Shown here in pieces: positions 9,115 to 18,095 of a stretch of DNA of 64,000 bases. The translations under genes and the position numbers were made by a program. This DNA is from a virus. How positions within the stretch are numbered: the stretch's first letter is position 1; the number at the start of each line of letters is the position of its first letter. The stretch covers positions 10,648-74,647 of the IMG/VR virus record IMGVR_UViG_3300050821_007016. One strand, given 5' to 3'. Under the pieces are notes generated by a model that was not told the origin of the DNA, did not search any database, and saw nothing but the letters and a program-made list of their open reading frames with translations.

Positions 9115-11115
9115 TCAGAGCTGCGGGAAGTTGAAGCCGCCCCGGATGTAGTTGTTGGCCGCGTTGGCGGTGTAAGGGACCGACCAGACGCCGCGGCCGC
9201 GGTTGCGGGCGTTGTTGATGAAGTCGATGGTGGTGCCGGCGCCGCCGATGCTGGTGCTGTAGCTGCCGAGGGTGCGGCCGGGCGCCGGGAATGGTTCGCC
9301 GGGCTGGCCGCTATTGATTCCCTGCGGATCGAGGGAGTTGCCGGAGAGCGTGAGGCCCGTGGCCTGATTGTCTATGCCGCCGAAGGAGATCGCGTCGCCG
9401 TTGCCGACCGCCGCGAGCGAGTTGGCCGCCAGCGTGACCGTGGTCGACGTGGCGCTGCTGGTGACGCCGAGGAACGTGTTGGTCGTGGCGTCGATGACGG
9501 TGTAGTTGTTCCCGGCGTTGGTTTGGATGAACGACGGCACCGAGGCGAAGTGCAGCACGGCGCTCGCCGTCGAGGTGGTGCCGTTGGTGATGGCGCTGGC
9601 CCCGGCCGTCTGGTTATAGACGATGTTGTTGGTGACGGTGTCCGAGGTCAGCGTGTGGAAGAGGGTCGCGGTGCCGCTGGAGCTGGCGTTGACGCTGATG
9701 GTCAGCGTGCCGTTCGCCCCGGCCGTGGTGAATCCGGACGCGGCCGTGACCGTCGCCGTGCCGTTGCCCGGCAGCCTGGCCGGGCACGAGATGATCATCC
9801 CGTTCGGCCAGCCAAGATTGTTGTAATCGTTGTTGCTGTTGTCGACGTTGGTGATGGTGTTCTGATTGAGGGTGAAGTTGCCGGTGACCTGGTAGCCGTT
9901 GCTGCTGTTGCCGTCCTGAACCTGGATGCCGAACCCCGAAAGGCTGGTGCTGATGCCGTTGGAGATGATGTTGTGGTCAATGGTTGAAGGTGCGCCGCCG
10001 TTGTTGAGCAGGCCCTCACCGTCCGACTCCGCCAACGCCCCGGTGATGTCGGTCGATTCCTGCACCACGTTGTAGGAGATGACGCTGGGGCCGATGCCGA
10101 TGTTGATGGCCCCCGCCGGTCGAATGAAGAGGTTGTCGTAGACGGTGCCGCCCGGGCGAATCTGCTCGCTGCTGGCAGGCTGCGAGCAGATGTTGTTTCG
10201 GAAATAACCCGGCCCGGTGCCGACCACCGCGATGTAGACGTTGTGGTTGAGGTTGCACATGATGGCGCCGGTGACGCTGGCGTTCCAGCCGTTGTGGTCG
10301 AACGTGCAGTCGTCGATCACCCAGTTGTTCTCGATGTTCGACAGGAAGATGCCCTGCGACTCGCCGGGCTGATCGTTGAGGTGCGAGTTGGCGTTGTAGT
10401 TGTCGACGAAGATGCACTTCCGGATCCATAGTCCGTTGAAGTCCAGCGGCTCCCAGATGATGCTGTCCCAGAAGAAGCGGAACAGGCAGTCCTCGAACAG
10501 GAATTTGCTTCCGACGCTGTTGTTGTTGTTGAAGAAGCCGTCGATCTCCAGCGTGGTATCGCCGGACACGAAGCCTCCGTTGTTGGGGTCGCGGCTATAG
10601 GCGTAGAAGTCCCAGCCGACGATCGCGACGTTGTTGCATTTCTGGAGGTTGTCCATGAAGATTATGGCGCCGCCCGCGCCGACGTGCGCGACGCTCGACT
10701 GGATGCTGGGTCGCGCTCCCGTGCCGTAGGTCGTGCAGACGATCATGCCGCTGGCGGTGTGGTCGCCGTAGACGGTGAACGCTGGCGAGATCACCGCGCC
10801 GGGGCCGGAGAAGCTGCCGAAGCTGCTTAAGTCGTCGTTCAGGAACGTGTCGCCCTGGTTGAGTAGCAGCCAGTCCGGCTTGCCGTCGCGGATTAACGAT
10901 AGCCCTTTGCTGATGGTTTTGACCGGACTGGCTTGTGTGCCGGGATTAGTGTCCAGACCCGCGTTGGCGACGTAGATTTGATTTGTCCCCGTATTGGCGG
11001 GGTTGTTCCCCTGCAAGACCGGCGCGGTCGGCGTGAACGTGGTGAAGCCGTTGTTGCCGGGCGCCTGCTGGACCGGAAACTGGATTATCGGGGCGAGAGG
11101 TCCGGTCCTGTACAT
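9115..11115 (-). CDS. Right-handed parallel beta-helix protein (DUF1565-like N-motif; depolymerase/adhesin-like)
   Basis: YVANAGLDTNPGTQASPVKTISKGL motif; Asn ladders (FDHNGW, NHNVY, NNI). Confidence 0.75.
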   Translation of the reverse strand: MYRTGPLAPIIQFPVQQAPGNNGFTTFTPTAPVLQGNNPANTGTNQIYVANAGLDTNPGTQASPVKTISKGLSLIRDGKPDWLLLNQGDTFLNDDLSSFGSFSGPGAVISPAFTVYGDHTASGMIVCTTYGTGARPSIQSSVAHVGAGGAIIFMDNLQKCNNVAIVGWDFYAYSRDPNNGGFVSGDTTLEIDGFFNNNNSVGSKFLFEDCLFRFFWDSIIWEPLDFNGLWIRKCIFVDNYNANSHLNDQPGESQGIFLSNIENNWVIDDCTFDHNGWNASVTGAIMCNLNHNVYIAVVGTGPGYFRNNICSQPASSEQIRPGGTVYDNLFIRPAGAINIGIGPSVISYNVVQESTDITGALAESDGEGLLNNGGAPSTIDHNIISNGISTSLSGFGIQVQDGNSSNGYQVTGNFTLNQNTITNVDNSNNDYNNLGWPNGMIISCPARLPGNGTATVTAASGFTTAGANGTLTISVNASSSGTATLFHTLTSDTVTNNIVYNQTAGASAITNGTTSTASAVLHFASVPSFIQTNAGNNYTVIDATTNTFLGVTSSATSTTVTLAANSLAAVGNGDAISFGGIDNQATGLTLSGNSLDPQGINSGQPGEPFPAPGRTLGSYSTSIGGAGTTIDFINNARNRGRGVWSVPYTANAANNYIRGGFNFPQL

Positions 11116-13445
11116 TCCCTGAGTGCCCTCGCCACGTCGTCGATCACGTCCTTCCAGTAGCCGGGCGTGTCGAACTCGCGCTGCCGAAACAGCCGAATCG
11201 AAGGGTACCACGGGCTGGCCTCGTTCCACGAGGCTCCCGGGTGCCAGCACATGAAGTGCCAGCTCGCGCCGTCGCGCTGCATCATCACCCACGTCGGCTT
11301 GCCCATCGCCCCGGCCAGGTGCGCCACCGCCGTGTCGACCGTGATCACCAGGTCGAGGTTGTCGATTAGCGCCGCCGTCTCCTCGAAGTTGGGCTCCTTC
11401 GACAGCAGGTCGCATATCTTGTGGCCATGCTCCTCGCGGCCATCGCCGACCATCAGGCTGACCAGCGCGTCGTCATTTTCGATCGCGCCCAGCAGCGGGA
11501 TGCAGTCCGAGAACCGCATCGACTTCATCCGGCCGTAGCGCTCCAGCCAGATGCTCTGCGTCTTGCGGATGCCCGATGACCAGCACAGGCCGATCTTGCG
11601 CCCCTTGACCTCGGCCAGCAGCTCGGCGAACCCCTGCGAGAGCTTGGGGTCCGCCTTGAGGTACGGTCCGTCCCACGGCACCGTGTCGATGTCGGTCCCG
11701 AACGCATAGGGGAGATCGCCGATCGGGACGTGGTAGTCGATCGTCGGCGGCAGGCCGACCACCCCGGGGTAGTCGCTCGCCATCGTCACGCACTCCACCT
11801 GCGGGAAGTTGCGCCGCGCCAGCGAGAGCATCTCGTCCCCGACCTCGTAGCGGACGTGGAAGCCGCGCTCGACCATCAGCGGGAAGTACCGCCACATCGA
11901 GATGTTGTCGCCGTAGCCGGCCTCCTGGTGGACGTGGATGACGGCCTTGCGCCCGTCCAGCTGCGCAGGCTGGTCGACGCTGCCCTCCCAGCGCGGCGCC
12001 AGGAAGCGATGGTGCGGCACATAGAGCGCGTACTGCGTGACCTCGTGCGGACCCCACACCGAGTGCTCCGCGAAGCTCTCCTTGTAGCGGCCGAGGCACT
12101 GCAGCGGCAGCGACCGGTTCCAGTGCGCCATCGGCAGGTTACGGCAGTTCAGCTCGATCGCCTTGTCGAAGTACTCGATCGCCTTCTCGTGGCGCGCGAG
12201 CCGGTACTCGATCATCGCCAACAGGTGCCACGCGTCGCCCTTGCGCGCGCCGACCTCCAGCATGGAGCGGCACATCTTCCGCACGGTGTCATAGTCGCGG
12301 GAGTCCAGCGCGATCACGCCGCGGTTCAGCAGCGCGTCGCAGAATTCATTCGGGTTGTCGCCTTTGAACGCAGCCTCGATCTGGCGGTCGTAGGCGCGGA
12401 TCGTCGCCTCGGTGTCCATCAAGTCGCTCTCGACTCCCCCCAGCGTCTGCCACGCCAGAGGGTTGTCCGGGGCAATCTCGGTGGCGATCTCCGCGTGGCG
12501 CCGCGCCGCCTTGATCGCGCCGGCCGCCACCATCGACTTCACCAGGTCGCAGCGGTGCTCGATGCATTGCGGGTCGGCGTCCAGCGCCATGAAGAACCAG
12601 TCGGCCGCGAAGCCGAACCGCTTCATCTCATGGGCGTTCGTCCCGAAGTTGGCGCAAGCTTCCGCGCGGGCGATCCGCCACTTGCCGCTCTTGAACGGCG
12701 GCTGCGTCAGGTACATCACCAGCCGGTACAGCCGGTCGGCCGCCAGCATGTTGCCTTCCTCGACGTGCCTCCTGGCGCGCAGGACCACCTGCTCCAGCGA
12801 GCTGACGTCCGAGGTCGGTCCCGTCATTCGAGTGAACCCGACCTGGTACTCGCAAAATTCGATCTCGGCCCCGACCGATAGCGCGTACTCCGCGACCAGC
12901 CCGCCTTTGCCGAGTATTTTTCTCTGTGGATAATCGTCGAGTAGGCTCATGCTGTCGTCCACCGCGACCATCGATTCCTCGCGCAGCGACGGCATGATCG
13001 CCATTAGCTCGTTGAAGTGGTGGACCTGCGAGACGGTCTCCGCAGACCAGTCGTGCGACGACGCGTCGAGGTAGAGCAGGTCGACCACGATCTCCGGTCC
13101 GGAGATGAGCTTGAGCCCTTGCACGCTGTCGATGTTCATGACCGTGACGTTCGGGCACAGCTTGCATGCCCGCGCTGCCTTCTCCGCGTCGATCTCGAAC
13201 GACATCGCGGTCGATGGCGGGTGCGTCTCGATGTACTTATCGAACAGGATCGTGCTGCAGCCATTGCCGGCCCAGTTGTCCGGCTCCTCGATGCAGCCGG
13301 TCTCGACGATCCGCACCTGGCGGTCGAACTTGTCGAGGTGCTCGAACATCCGACGGAACGACCCGTCCCTGCGGGTCGGCCGCCACTTGGCGAGCCTCGG
13401 CGCGGCGTACTCGTCGAACCACTTCCAGAACTCGGCTGACCTCAT
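11085..13445 (-). CDS. SAM methyltransferase + TPR + GT-B (GT9/FlmG-like) glycosyltransferase fusion
   Basis: IVETGC...DLLYLDA...VAVDD (class I MTase); TPR helices; EAGYGD, IGLCWSSG, LDLVITVDTAVAHLAGAMGKPTW, PWYPSIRLFRQ. Confidence 0.85.
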   Translation of the reverse strand: MRSAEFWKWFDEYAAPRLAKWRPTRRDGSFRRMFEHLDKFDRQVRIVETGCIEEPDNWAGNGCSTILFDKYIETHPPSTAMSFEIDAEKAARACKLCPNVTVMNIDSVQGLKLISGPEIVVDLLYLDASSHDWSAETVSQVHHFNELMAIMPSLREESMVAVDDSMSLLDDYPQRKILGKGGLVAEYALSVGAEIEFCEYQVGFTRMTGPTSDVSSLEQVVLRARRHVEEGNMLAADRLYRLVMYLTQPPFKSGKWRIARAEACANFGTNAHEMKRFGFAADWFFMALDADPQCIEHRCDLVKSMVAAGAIKAARRHAEIATEIAPDNPLAWQTLGGVESDLMDTEATIRAYDRQIEAAFKGDNPNEFCDALLNRGVIALDSRDYDTVRKMCRSMLEVGARKGDAWHLLAMIEYRLARHEKAIEYFDKAIELNCRNLPMAHWNRSLPLQCLGRYKESFAEHSVWGPHEVTQYALYVPHHRFLAPRWEGSVDQPAQLDGRKAVIHVHQEAGYGDNISMWRYFPLMVERGFHVRYEVGDEMLSLARRNFPQVECVTMASDYPGVVGLPPTIDYHVPIGDLPYAFGTDIDTVPWDGPYLKADPKLSQGFAELLAEVKGRKIGLCWSSGIRKTQSIWLERYGRMKSMRFSDCIPLLGAIENDDALVSLMVGDGREEHGHKICDLLSKEPNFEETAALIDNLDLVITVDTAVAHLAGAMGKPTWVMMQRDGASWHFMCWHPGASWNEASPWYPSIRLFRQREFDTPGYWKDVIDDVARALRECTGPDLSPR

Positions 13446-13960
13446 AGCACCCCGTCTCCCCCGGTGCTGAGCGCGCCAGTGCGGCCGACCCTGCGCTGGG
13501 TGTCGTCGTTGGCGAACCGCACCCCGCAGTGCGGGCACGCCTTCCACGACAGCTCGATCCGACCATCGCAGGAGAAGCAGACCGGGTCCGGCGCGCGGCC
13601 GCCCGGCAGTTTCGCGTCCTTCGGGTGGATATAGGTCTGGTTCTCGCCGACGAAGCCGTCGTCATAGTAGCGGACCTCGCCGGTCCCGGCGCAGCGCTTG
13701 CACTCCCAGCCGCGGCCCTTGCAGTCCGGGCACTCGCCCTTGACGTAGTGATGCCAGGGGCAGCCCAGCTTCTTGCCCATGACTATCACGTGGTCGGTGC
13801 CGGGCTCGTGCTTGGCGCAGCCGAAGTCGGCGTCGGTCTCGATCTTGAGCTGCTCGCACGCGCCCTTACCCTCGGCGCATTGCAGGTTGAAGATGCGGTC
13901 GCCGTTCTCGTAGTCGGTGACCCGCGCGGTGATCCAGTGCAGGCAGTCGGAGCAGCTCAT
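13442..13960 (-). CDS. Cys-rich protein with DnaJ-type CxxCxGxG zinc finger and zinc ribbon
   Basis: CPDCKGRG, CKRCAGTG, CFSC...CPHCG. Confidence 0.7.
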   Translation of the reverse strand: MSCSDCLHWITARVTDYENGDRIFNLQCAEGKGACEQLKIETDADFGCAKHEPGTDHVIVMGKKLGCPWHHYVKGECPDCKGRGWECKRCAGTGEVRYYDDGFVGENQTYIHPKDAKLPGGRAPDPVCFSCDGRIELSWKACPHCGVRFANDDTQRRVGRTGALSTGGDGVL

Positions 13961-14202
13961 TTCACCACCGTCAGAACGGCCTCTTCGGGGTTGACGTGCT
14001 GGTTAACCAGGTCCCGCCCGATCGCATAGGTCAGGATGCGCTCGATCGAATCCCTCTCTTGCTGGTGCAGGCAATTGTGGCCGAGCAGAAGGACCGAGTA
14101 GAACTTCCGTCTGTCCCCGTCGTCGGCGAACTGATCCGCCACCGCGCCCAGCAGAAGGGAAATGTCGGTATTGATTGATGCTTTTCGTTTTGCGTTGGCC
14201 AT
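13957..14202 (-). CDS. Hypothetical protein
   Basis: AGGAG RBS; ATGA overlap with the next gene. Confidence 0.6.
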   Translation of the reverse strand: MANAKRKASINTDISLLLGAVADQFADDGDRRKFYSVLLLGHNCLHQQERDSIERILTYAIGRDLVNQHVNPEEAVLTVVK

Positions 14203-14225
14203 CGTTCTTCTCCTTTGTTTGGGTT

Positions 14226-14534
14226 TCAGTAGCAGCGCCAAGCCTGCATGTGGATGCGCGAGTTAATGTAGTGCTCCGTCTCCGCCATCTCAGCCCGCCG
14301 CTCGTAGGGGACGCACGGCTTGCCGACGCACTTCAGGCAGATCAGCTTCATGCAGCCGCGGCAGATGTCGACGTGGTCCATCATGACGCGGCGGGACGGA
14401 AACGCCGTGAGGGCTTGGCAGTGGCTGCATGTCGAGGAGTGATCCTCGATCTCAGTCCCGGTCTCGCCGTCGAAGAAGACGTTGATGCCGCCGGGTCTGA
14501 ACTTGAGCAGTGCAGGCAAGAGATCGACCCCCAT
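14226..14534 (-). CDS. Cys-rich hypothetical protein
   Basis: CSHC, CRGC, CLKC...C motifs; start uncertain. Confidence 0.6.
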   Translation of the reverse strand: MGVDLLPALLKFRPGGINVFFDGETGTEIEDHSSTCSHCQALTAFPSRRVMMDHVDICRGCMKLICLKCVGKPCVPYERRAEMAETEHYINSRIHMQAWRCY

Positions 14535-14572
14535 AAAAAGCTGCGGCCCCGTGTTCTTTCACACAGGGCCGC
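14535..14572 (-). terminator. Rho-independent terminator after 14603..15085
   Basis: gcggccc/gggccgc stem followed by a T-tract on the minus strand. Confidence 0.55.
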
Positions 14573-14602
14573 TGAATTCGTCAAGGGACTTTTTGCTCTA
14601 AC

Positions 14603-15085
14603 TCAGCGCTCGATGAAGGAGATGGTGCCGACCGCCGAGGCCGCATAGCCCGAGGTGAGCGAGGCGCATCGGAGGCCAAGGGCGCTCGCCGACGCCGGGA
14701 GGATGATGTTGTCTCCGTCATCCAAGGCGCGCCAGCGGTAGCTTCCGCGCTGGTTGATGCCCCATTGCTTCAGGTTGAGGCCGAGGCCGCCGGTCGTGTA
14801 GTTGGTCGGCTCGGCGGTCGCCGCGTTCATGAACAGCGTGGCCGCGACGTAGTCGGCCGGGTCAAGCAGGTTGGCCGCGAGCGTGGTGCCGGTCATGCCC
14901 GCCGTCGAGGGGGCGCGGGAGAGGTCCCAGAGCATCGCCGCGTCCTGGGAGGCGTAGACGCCGAACTGTCCAAGCTCCACCTCATAGATTTGCGCCCGCT
15001 TCGTGCCGCCGCCCCAGAGGATGCCGCCGGTCTTCAGGACGGTGCCAACGCCGTTGTAGAGCACGTAAGCAGAGAAGTTTGCCAT
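14603..15085 (-). CDS. Putative small virion subunit (paralogue of 30626..31324)
   Basis: 160 aa, GAGG RBS, followed by a terminator; motif GINQRGSYRWRALDDGD. Confidence 0.75.
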   Translation of the reverse strand: MANFSAYVLYNGVGTVLKTGGILWGGGTKRAQIYEVELGQFGVYASQDAAMLWDLSRAPSTAGMTGTTLAANLLDPADYVAATLFMNAATAEPTNYTTGGLGLNLKQWGINQRGSYRWRALDDGDNIILPASASALGLRCASLTSGYAASAVGTISFIER

Positions 15086-15155
15086 GACCGTAGGTCCTCT
15101 TCGGAATCGCCTGGTTGATGATGCTTACCGGAAAAACCGCTCCGGCACAATTCGG

Positions 15156-15794
15156 TTAGTTCATCGCGAAGATTTGGCCGAAGTTGAACACCACGTCGCC
15201 GTTGGTGGTCGATGAGTTGCCGGTGATCGCCACGGTGATCGTCGCGTTCTCCGCGAAGGTCGTCTGCGACGGGGCGATCAGGGCGCCGATCGTGCCGCCG
15301 ATCTGGGCCGATTCATGGATCGCGTTCTGGGTGTTCGATCCTGCCGCGCCGTACTTGCAGAGGATGGCGCCGATCTGCCATCCGCCGGTCGCACTGGACG
15401 TGAAGCTCGCGATCGTGGTGCCGCCGCTGACCGTGGCGCCGAGGACCGGGGTCGTCGGGTTGACGATGATCTTGAGCGTCTTGGCGTTGGCGTTCGGGGC
15501 GTTGCCGCCGGCGAAAATCTGGACCTCGCGGTTGGCAATGTCGAACCCATTGGCCGGGATCGTCATAAGCGAGAGAATCTTGTCCGCCGCGGTCCCGCTG
15601 GGAGACCTGCCTGCTGACGGGTTGTCGACGGCGATATTGCCGTCATCGCCCATCTGGTTCGGGTTCTGCGCATTGGTGCCGAAGGTAGCCGCGCCGTTGC
15701 CGAAGGAGGCGCCGATCGCCCCAGCCTGCGCGGACCCGAACAGCACGTCCCCGATCGTCGAGGAGAAGAGGACCAGTTGGCTCTTGAGGGACAT
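15156..15794 (-). CDS. Putative virion structural protein
   Basis: AAGGAG RBS; Gly/Ala/Thr-rich beta protein in the neck operon. Confidence 0.7.
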   Translation of the reverse strand: MSLKSQLVLFSSTIGDVLFGSAQAGAIGASFGNGAATFGTNAQNPNQMGDDGNIAVDNPSAGRSPSGTAADKILSLMTIPANGFDIANREVQIFAGGNAPNANAKTLKIIVNPTTPVLGATVSGGTTIASFTSSATGGWQIGAILCKYGAAGSNTQNAIHESAQIGGTIGALIAPSQTTFAENATITVAITGNSSTTNGDVVFNFGQIFAMN

Positions 15795-15809
15795 GGCCGG
15801 CAGTCTCCT

Positions 15810-16256
15810 TTAGGTTTTAACTTCGTAGTCGACGCTGTTGAGCATGTGCCCGGTGTCGACCAGCGGCTTGTCGCTTCCCTTGCGGCGAATCGTTGCCGGT
15901 TTCAGGGGTGGCTCGTTCGTGTCTACAATACTTTGCCGGAGTTGTCCTGCTATCGCTTCGCCGGCCAGCGCCAGCGCCTGCGATGCGTCCATGTCGGTGC
16001 TCTTGAGCAGTCCGGCGATCGCCTTCGGCCACTCGCTCGACTTGGCGTCGATCATGTGCCGGAAGAACGGGCGTGGCGGGATGCCTGCGGCCGGGGCGCC
16101 GAACTCCTGGATCGCGGCGATCATCGCCACCGGCTTGCCGTCCGGGTAGGTGGCGCCCTCCAGGAAACCGACCCGCAGCGTACCACCCCTCGACAGGCCG
16201 CGGGCTATCTTCTGCAGCGCGGCCTCCATCTTCTTGCCGCCGCTGATCGTCGCCAT
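15810..16256 (-). CDS. Neck/tail-completion protein (HK97 gp10-like)
   Basis: RVGFLEGATYPDG...EFG...IPPRPFFR...KPLVDTGHMLNSV. Confidence 0.85.
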   Translation of the reverse strand: MATISGGKKMEAALQKIARGLSRGGTLRVGFLEGATYPDGKPVAMIAAIQEFGAPAAGIPPRPFFRHMIDAKSSEWPKAIAGLLKSTDMDASQALALAGEAIAGQLRQSIVDTNEPPLKPATIRRKGSDKPLVDTGHMLNSVDYEVKT

Positions 16257-16348
16257 CAGCAATAACCCCACTTCCAGAGTTGGAACGCCAGCATCAGACC
16301 GTTCAAGATGGTCAGCGCGGAAAGGAATATATACGCCCGGGCTTTCAC
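16256..16348 (-). CDS. 30-aa hydrophobic micro-protein
   Basis: MKARAYIFLSALTILNGLMLAFQLWKWGYC; fills the gap exactly with GTGA and TGATG overlaps. Confidence 0.5.
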   Translation of the reverse strand: MKARAYIFLSALTILNGLMLAFQLWKWGYC

Positions 16349-16707
16349 GTCGCCGCGGCCTCTGGTTCTGCGTGGGTGGGTTGATATTCCTCAAGCTCGC
16401 CATCGCCGGTGGGCGCGGGCGGCGTCTCTGGCGCAGGTGCAGGAGGCTCAGCTGCCGCCGGCGGGGGCGGCTCCTCGGCGACCGTAGGGGCAGGAATGAA
16501 TCCGACGGCCACCTTGGCGACCATGCCGTCATCGTCGATCTCGCCGTGCGCGACGACCGAGACGTGAGCGTCCTTGCCGTGCTTGTTGGTGACGCCAGCG
16601 ATCCCGATGCGAACCAGGTGCTTGACCGGCTCCGGCGCGTCGAACTCCAGCAGCATCGCGTGGGCGATGCCCACGCTCTCGTTCTTGATCTCGAATGCGA
16701 ATGACAC
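16345..16707 (-). CDS. Hypothetical protein with acidic Pro-rich tail
   Basis: AAGGAG RBS, GTG start. Confidence 0.6.
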   Translation of the reverse strand: MSFAFEIKNESVGIAHAMLLEFDAPEPVKHLVRIGIAGVTNKHGKDAHVSVVAHGEIDDDGMVAKVAVGFIPAPTVAEEPPPPAAAEPPAPAPETPPAPTGDGELEEYQPTHAEPEAAAT

Positions 16708-16741
16708 CTTTAAATCTCCTTTAAAGTCGCTTTTTAGGTAC

Positions 16742-17254
16742 TTACCAGCCTCGTCCTATGCCGCGAAACCATCCCGGCCACAGCGTCACGCCCGGCGGGA
16801 TCGCGCCGGCTCTGCCGACGGGGACCGCGGTGCGATAGGCCGCTGTGAAAGCCCAGAATTGCGCGCCGTAGCGCGTCTGCATGTACCACGCCTGCGACGG
16901 CGATCCGGCATTGAGATCGCCCATATCCGTCCCGACCGACACCGACCCCTCGCTGGCGCTCTTGATCATGCCGACCAGCGATGCCTCGGGCGATCCGGTC
17001 GCGGCGATGTTGCCGGACGAATCGCGCGGCGCCATCAGCCACGCGATGTGCGAGGTCAGAAGATAGAGCAGCGTCAGAAGCGTGTTGCCGGGCGGGGTCT
17101 CCGAAGCGGAATAAGCCGGGTTGCTCGTGTTGTTGGGGAAGAGGACGCTGGCCTGGTTGAAATAGTCGGTCGCCATCGCCTGAGTTACGTTCAGGAATTC
17201 TGGCTTGCTTTGCTGCCAGTAGCTGTAGTCGAACGTGACCGCTGGGGCGCTCAT
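16742..17254 (-). CDS. DUF4054-family head-tail adaptor
   Basis: LLYLLTSHIAWL...VGMIKSASEGSVSV...AWYMQTRYGAQFW. Confidence 0.85.
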   Translation of the reverse strand: MSAPAVTFDYSYWQQSKPEFLNVTQAMATDYFNQASVLFPNNTSNPAYSASETPPGNTLLTLLYLLTSHIAWLMAPRDSSGNIAATGSPEASLVGMIKSASEGSVSVGTDMGDLNAGSPSQAWYMQTRYGAQFWAFTAAYRTAVPVGRAGAIPPGVTLWPGWFRGIGRGW

Positions 17255-17508
17255 GCCGCGTACCCTCCGCTCCTCAGCACCGCCTCGGTGATCTCCACCG
17301 ACCCGGGGCTCCAGCCGTCTATAGGTGCGACGTCATCGCTCTGGCCTCGGTCGCGCAGGAACTGCTTGTAGCGGTCGATCAGGCTCGCCTGCCATGACTT
17401 GTCGGGGTTGCGGCGAATCTCCTCGGCCAGGGCGAGGTGGGAGCGCCTGAGTGCCTCGTATATCTCGTCATCTGTGCGCCTGAGCGCCTCATATGGATCG
17501 AGGGTCAC
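17251..17508 (-). CDS. Hypothetical protein
   Basis: Coupled overlaps; YEALRR occurs twice. Confidence 0.55.
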   Translation of the reverse strand: MTLDPYEALRRTDDEIYEALRRSHLALAEEIRRNPDKSWQASLIDRYKQFLRDRGQSDDVAPIDGWSPGSVEITEAVLRSGGYAA

Positions 17509-17801
17509 TGCGCTGCCTCCGGCGGCTTGTCGGCATCTGCGGCGTTGATGACCTCGTTGCCAAGCAGGTCGGTGAACACCGCGTTGGTCTCCTGGCGCTC
17601 GGTCCTGACCTTCTTCACGGCCGCGGCGCCGTTGGCTCGGATGTCGGACTCCATGCCGGCCAGCTCCGCCGCGATCAGCGCCTGCACGTCAGCCGCTGCC
17701 TTCTTGACGCCGGCCATCGCCTCCCGCAGCGATCCTGCCAGCGACCCGTCCACCACCTTCGGCATCTCAACCACCTCGATCTCGTCGCCCTCGGGCGTCA
17801 C
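17505..17801 (-). CDS. Hypothetical helical protein
   Basis: GTGA overlaps on both sides. Confidence 0.55.
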   Translation of the reverse strand: MTPEGDEIEVVEMPKVVDGSLAGSLREAMAGVKKAAADVQALIAAELAGMESDIRANGAAAVKKVRTERQETNAVFTDLLGNEVINAADADKPPEAAQ

Positions 17802-18094
17802 GTAGGGTTTGGCTCCGACAACTCCGGCAGCGCGTAGACCTGCCGCAGCGTCACGATCGGGTTCTGCTCGTTCTGCTTCTCCCAGCGGTAGTACCAGTCG
17901 CCGTCGACCTCGGTGATGCCGGGCGGCGGGTGGCCGGGGTTGACGCCGCCCGCGCGACCGTCAGGGCCGTTGAGCCTGATCGCCGGGCCGTCGTGCGCGA
18001 CCGTCTTGACGTTGTCGCCGGTGCCATCGTCGTAGCCCGGCTTGGTGAGGCCGATCAGCAGCCCCCCGATCACGTGGCAAGCGACCTTGACCAT
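17798..18094 (-). CDS. Capsid-downstream protein, short paralogue of 18096..18749
   Basis: VKVAC...IRLNG...VDGDW...WEKQN..NPIV; GGAGG RBS. Confidence 0.7.
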   Translation of the reverse strand: MVKVACHVIGGLLIGLTKPGYDDGTGDNVKTVAHDGPAIRLNGPDGRAGGVNPGHPPPGITEVDGDWYYRWEKQNEQNPIVTLRQVYALPELSEPNPT

Positions 18095-18095
18095 C

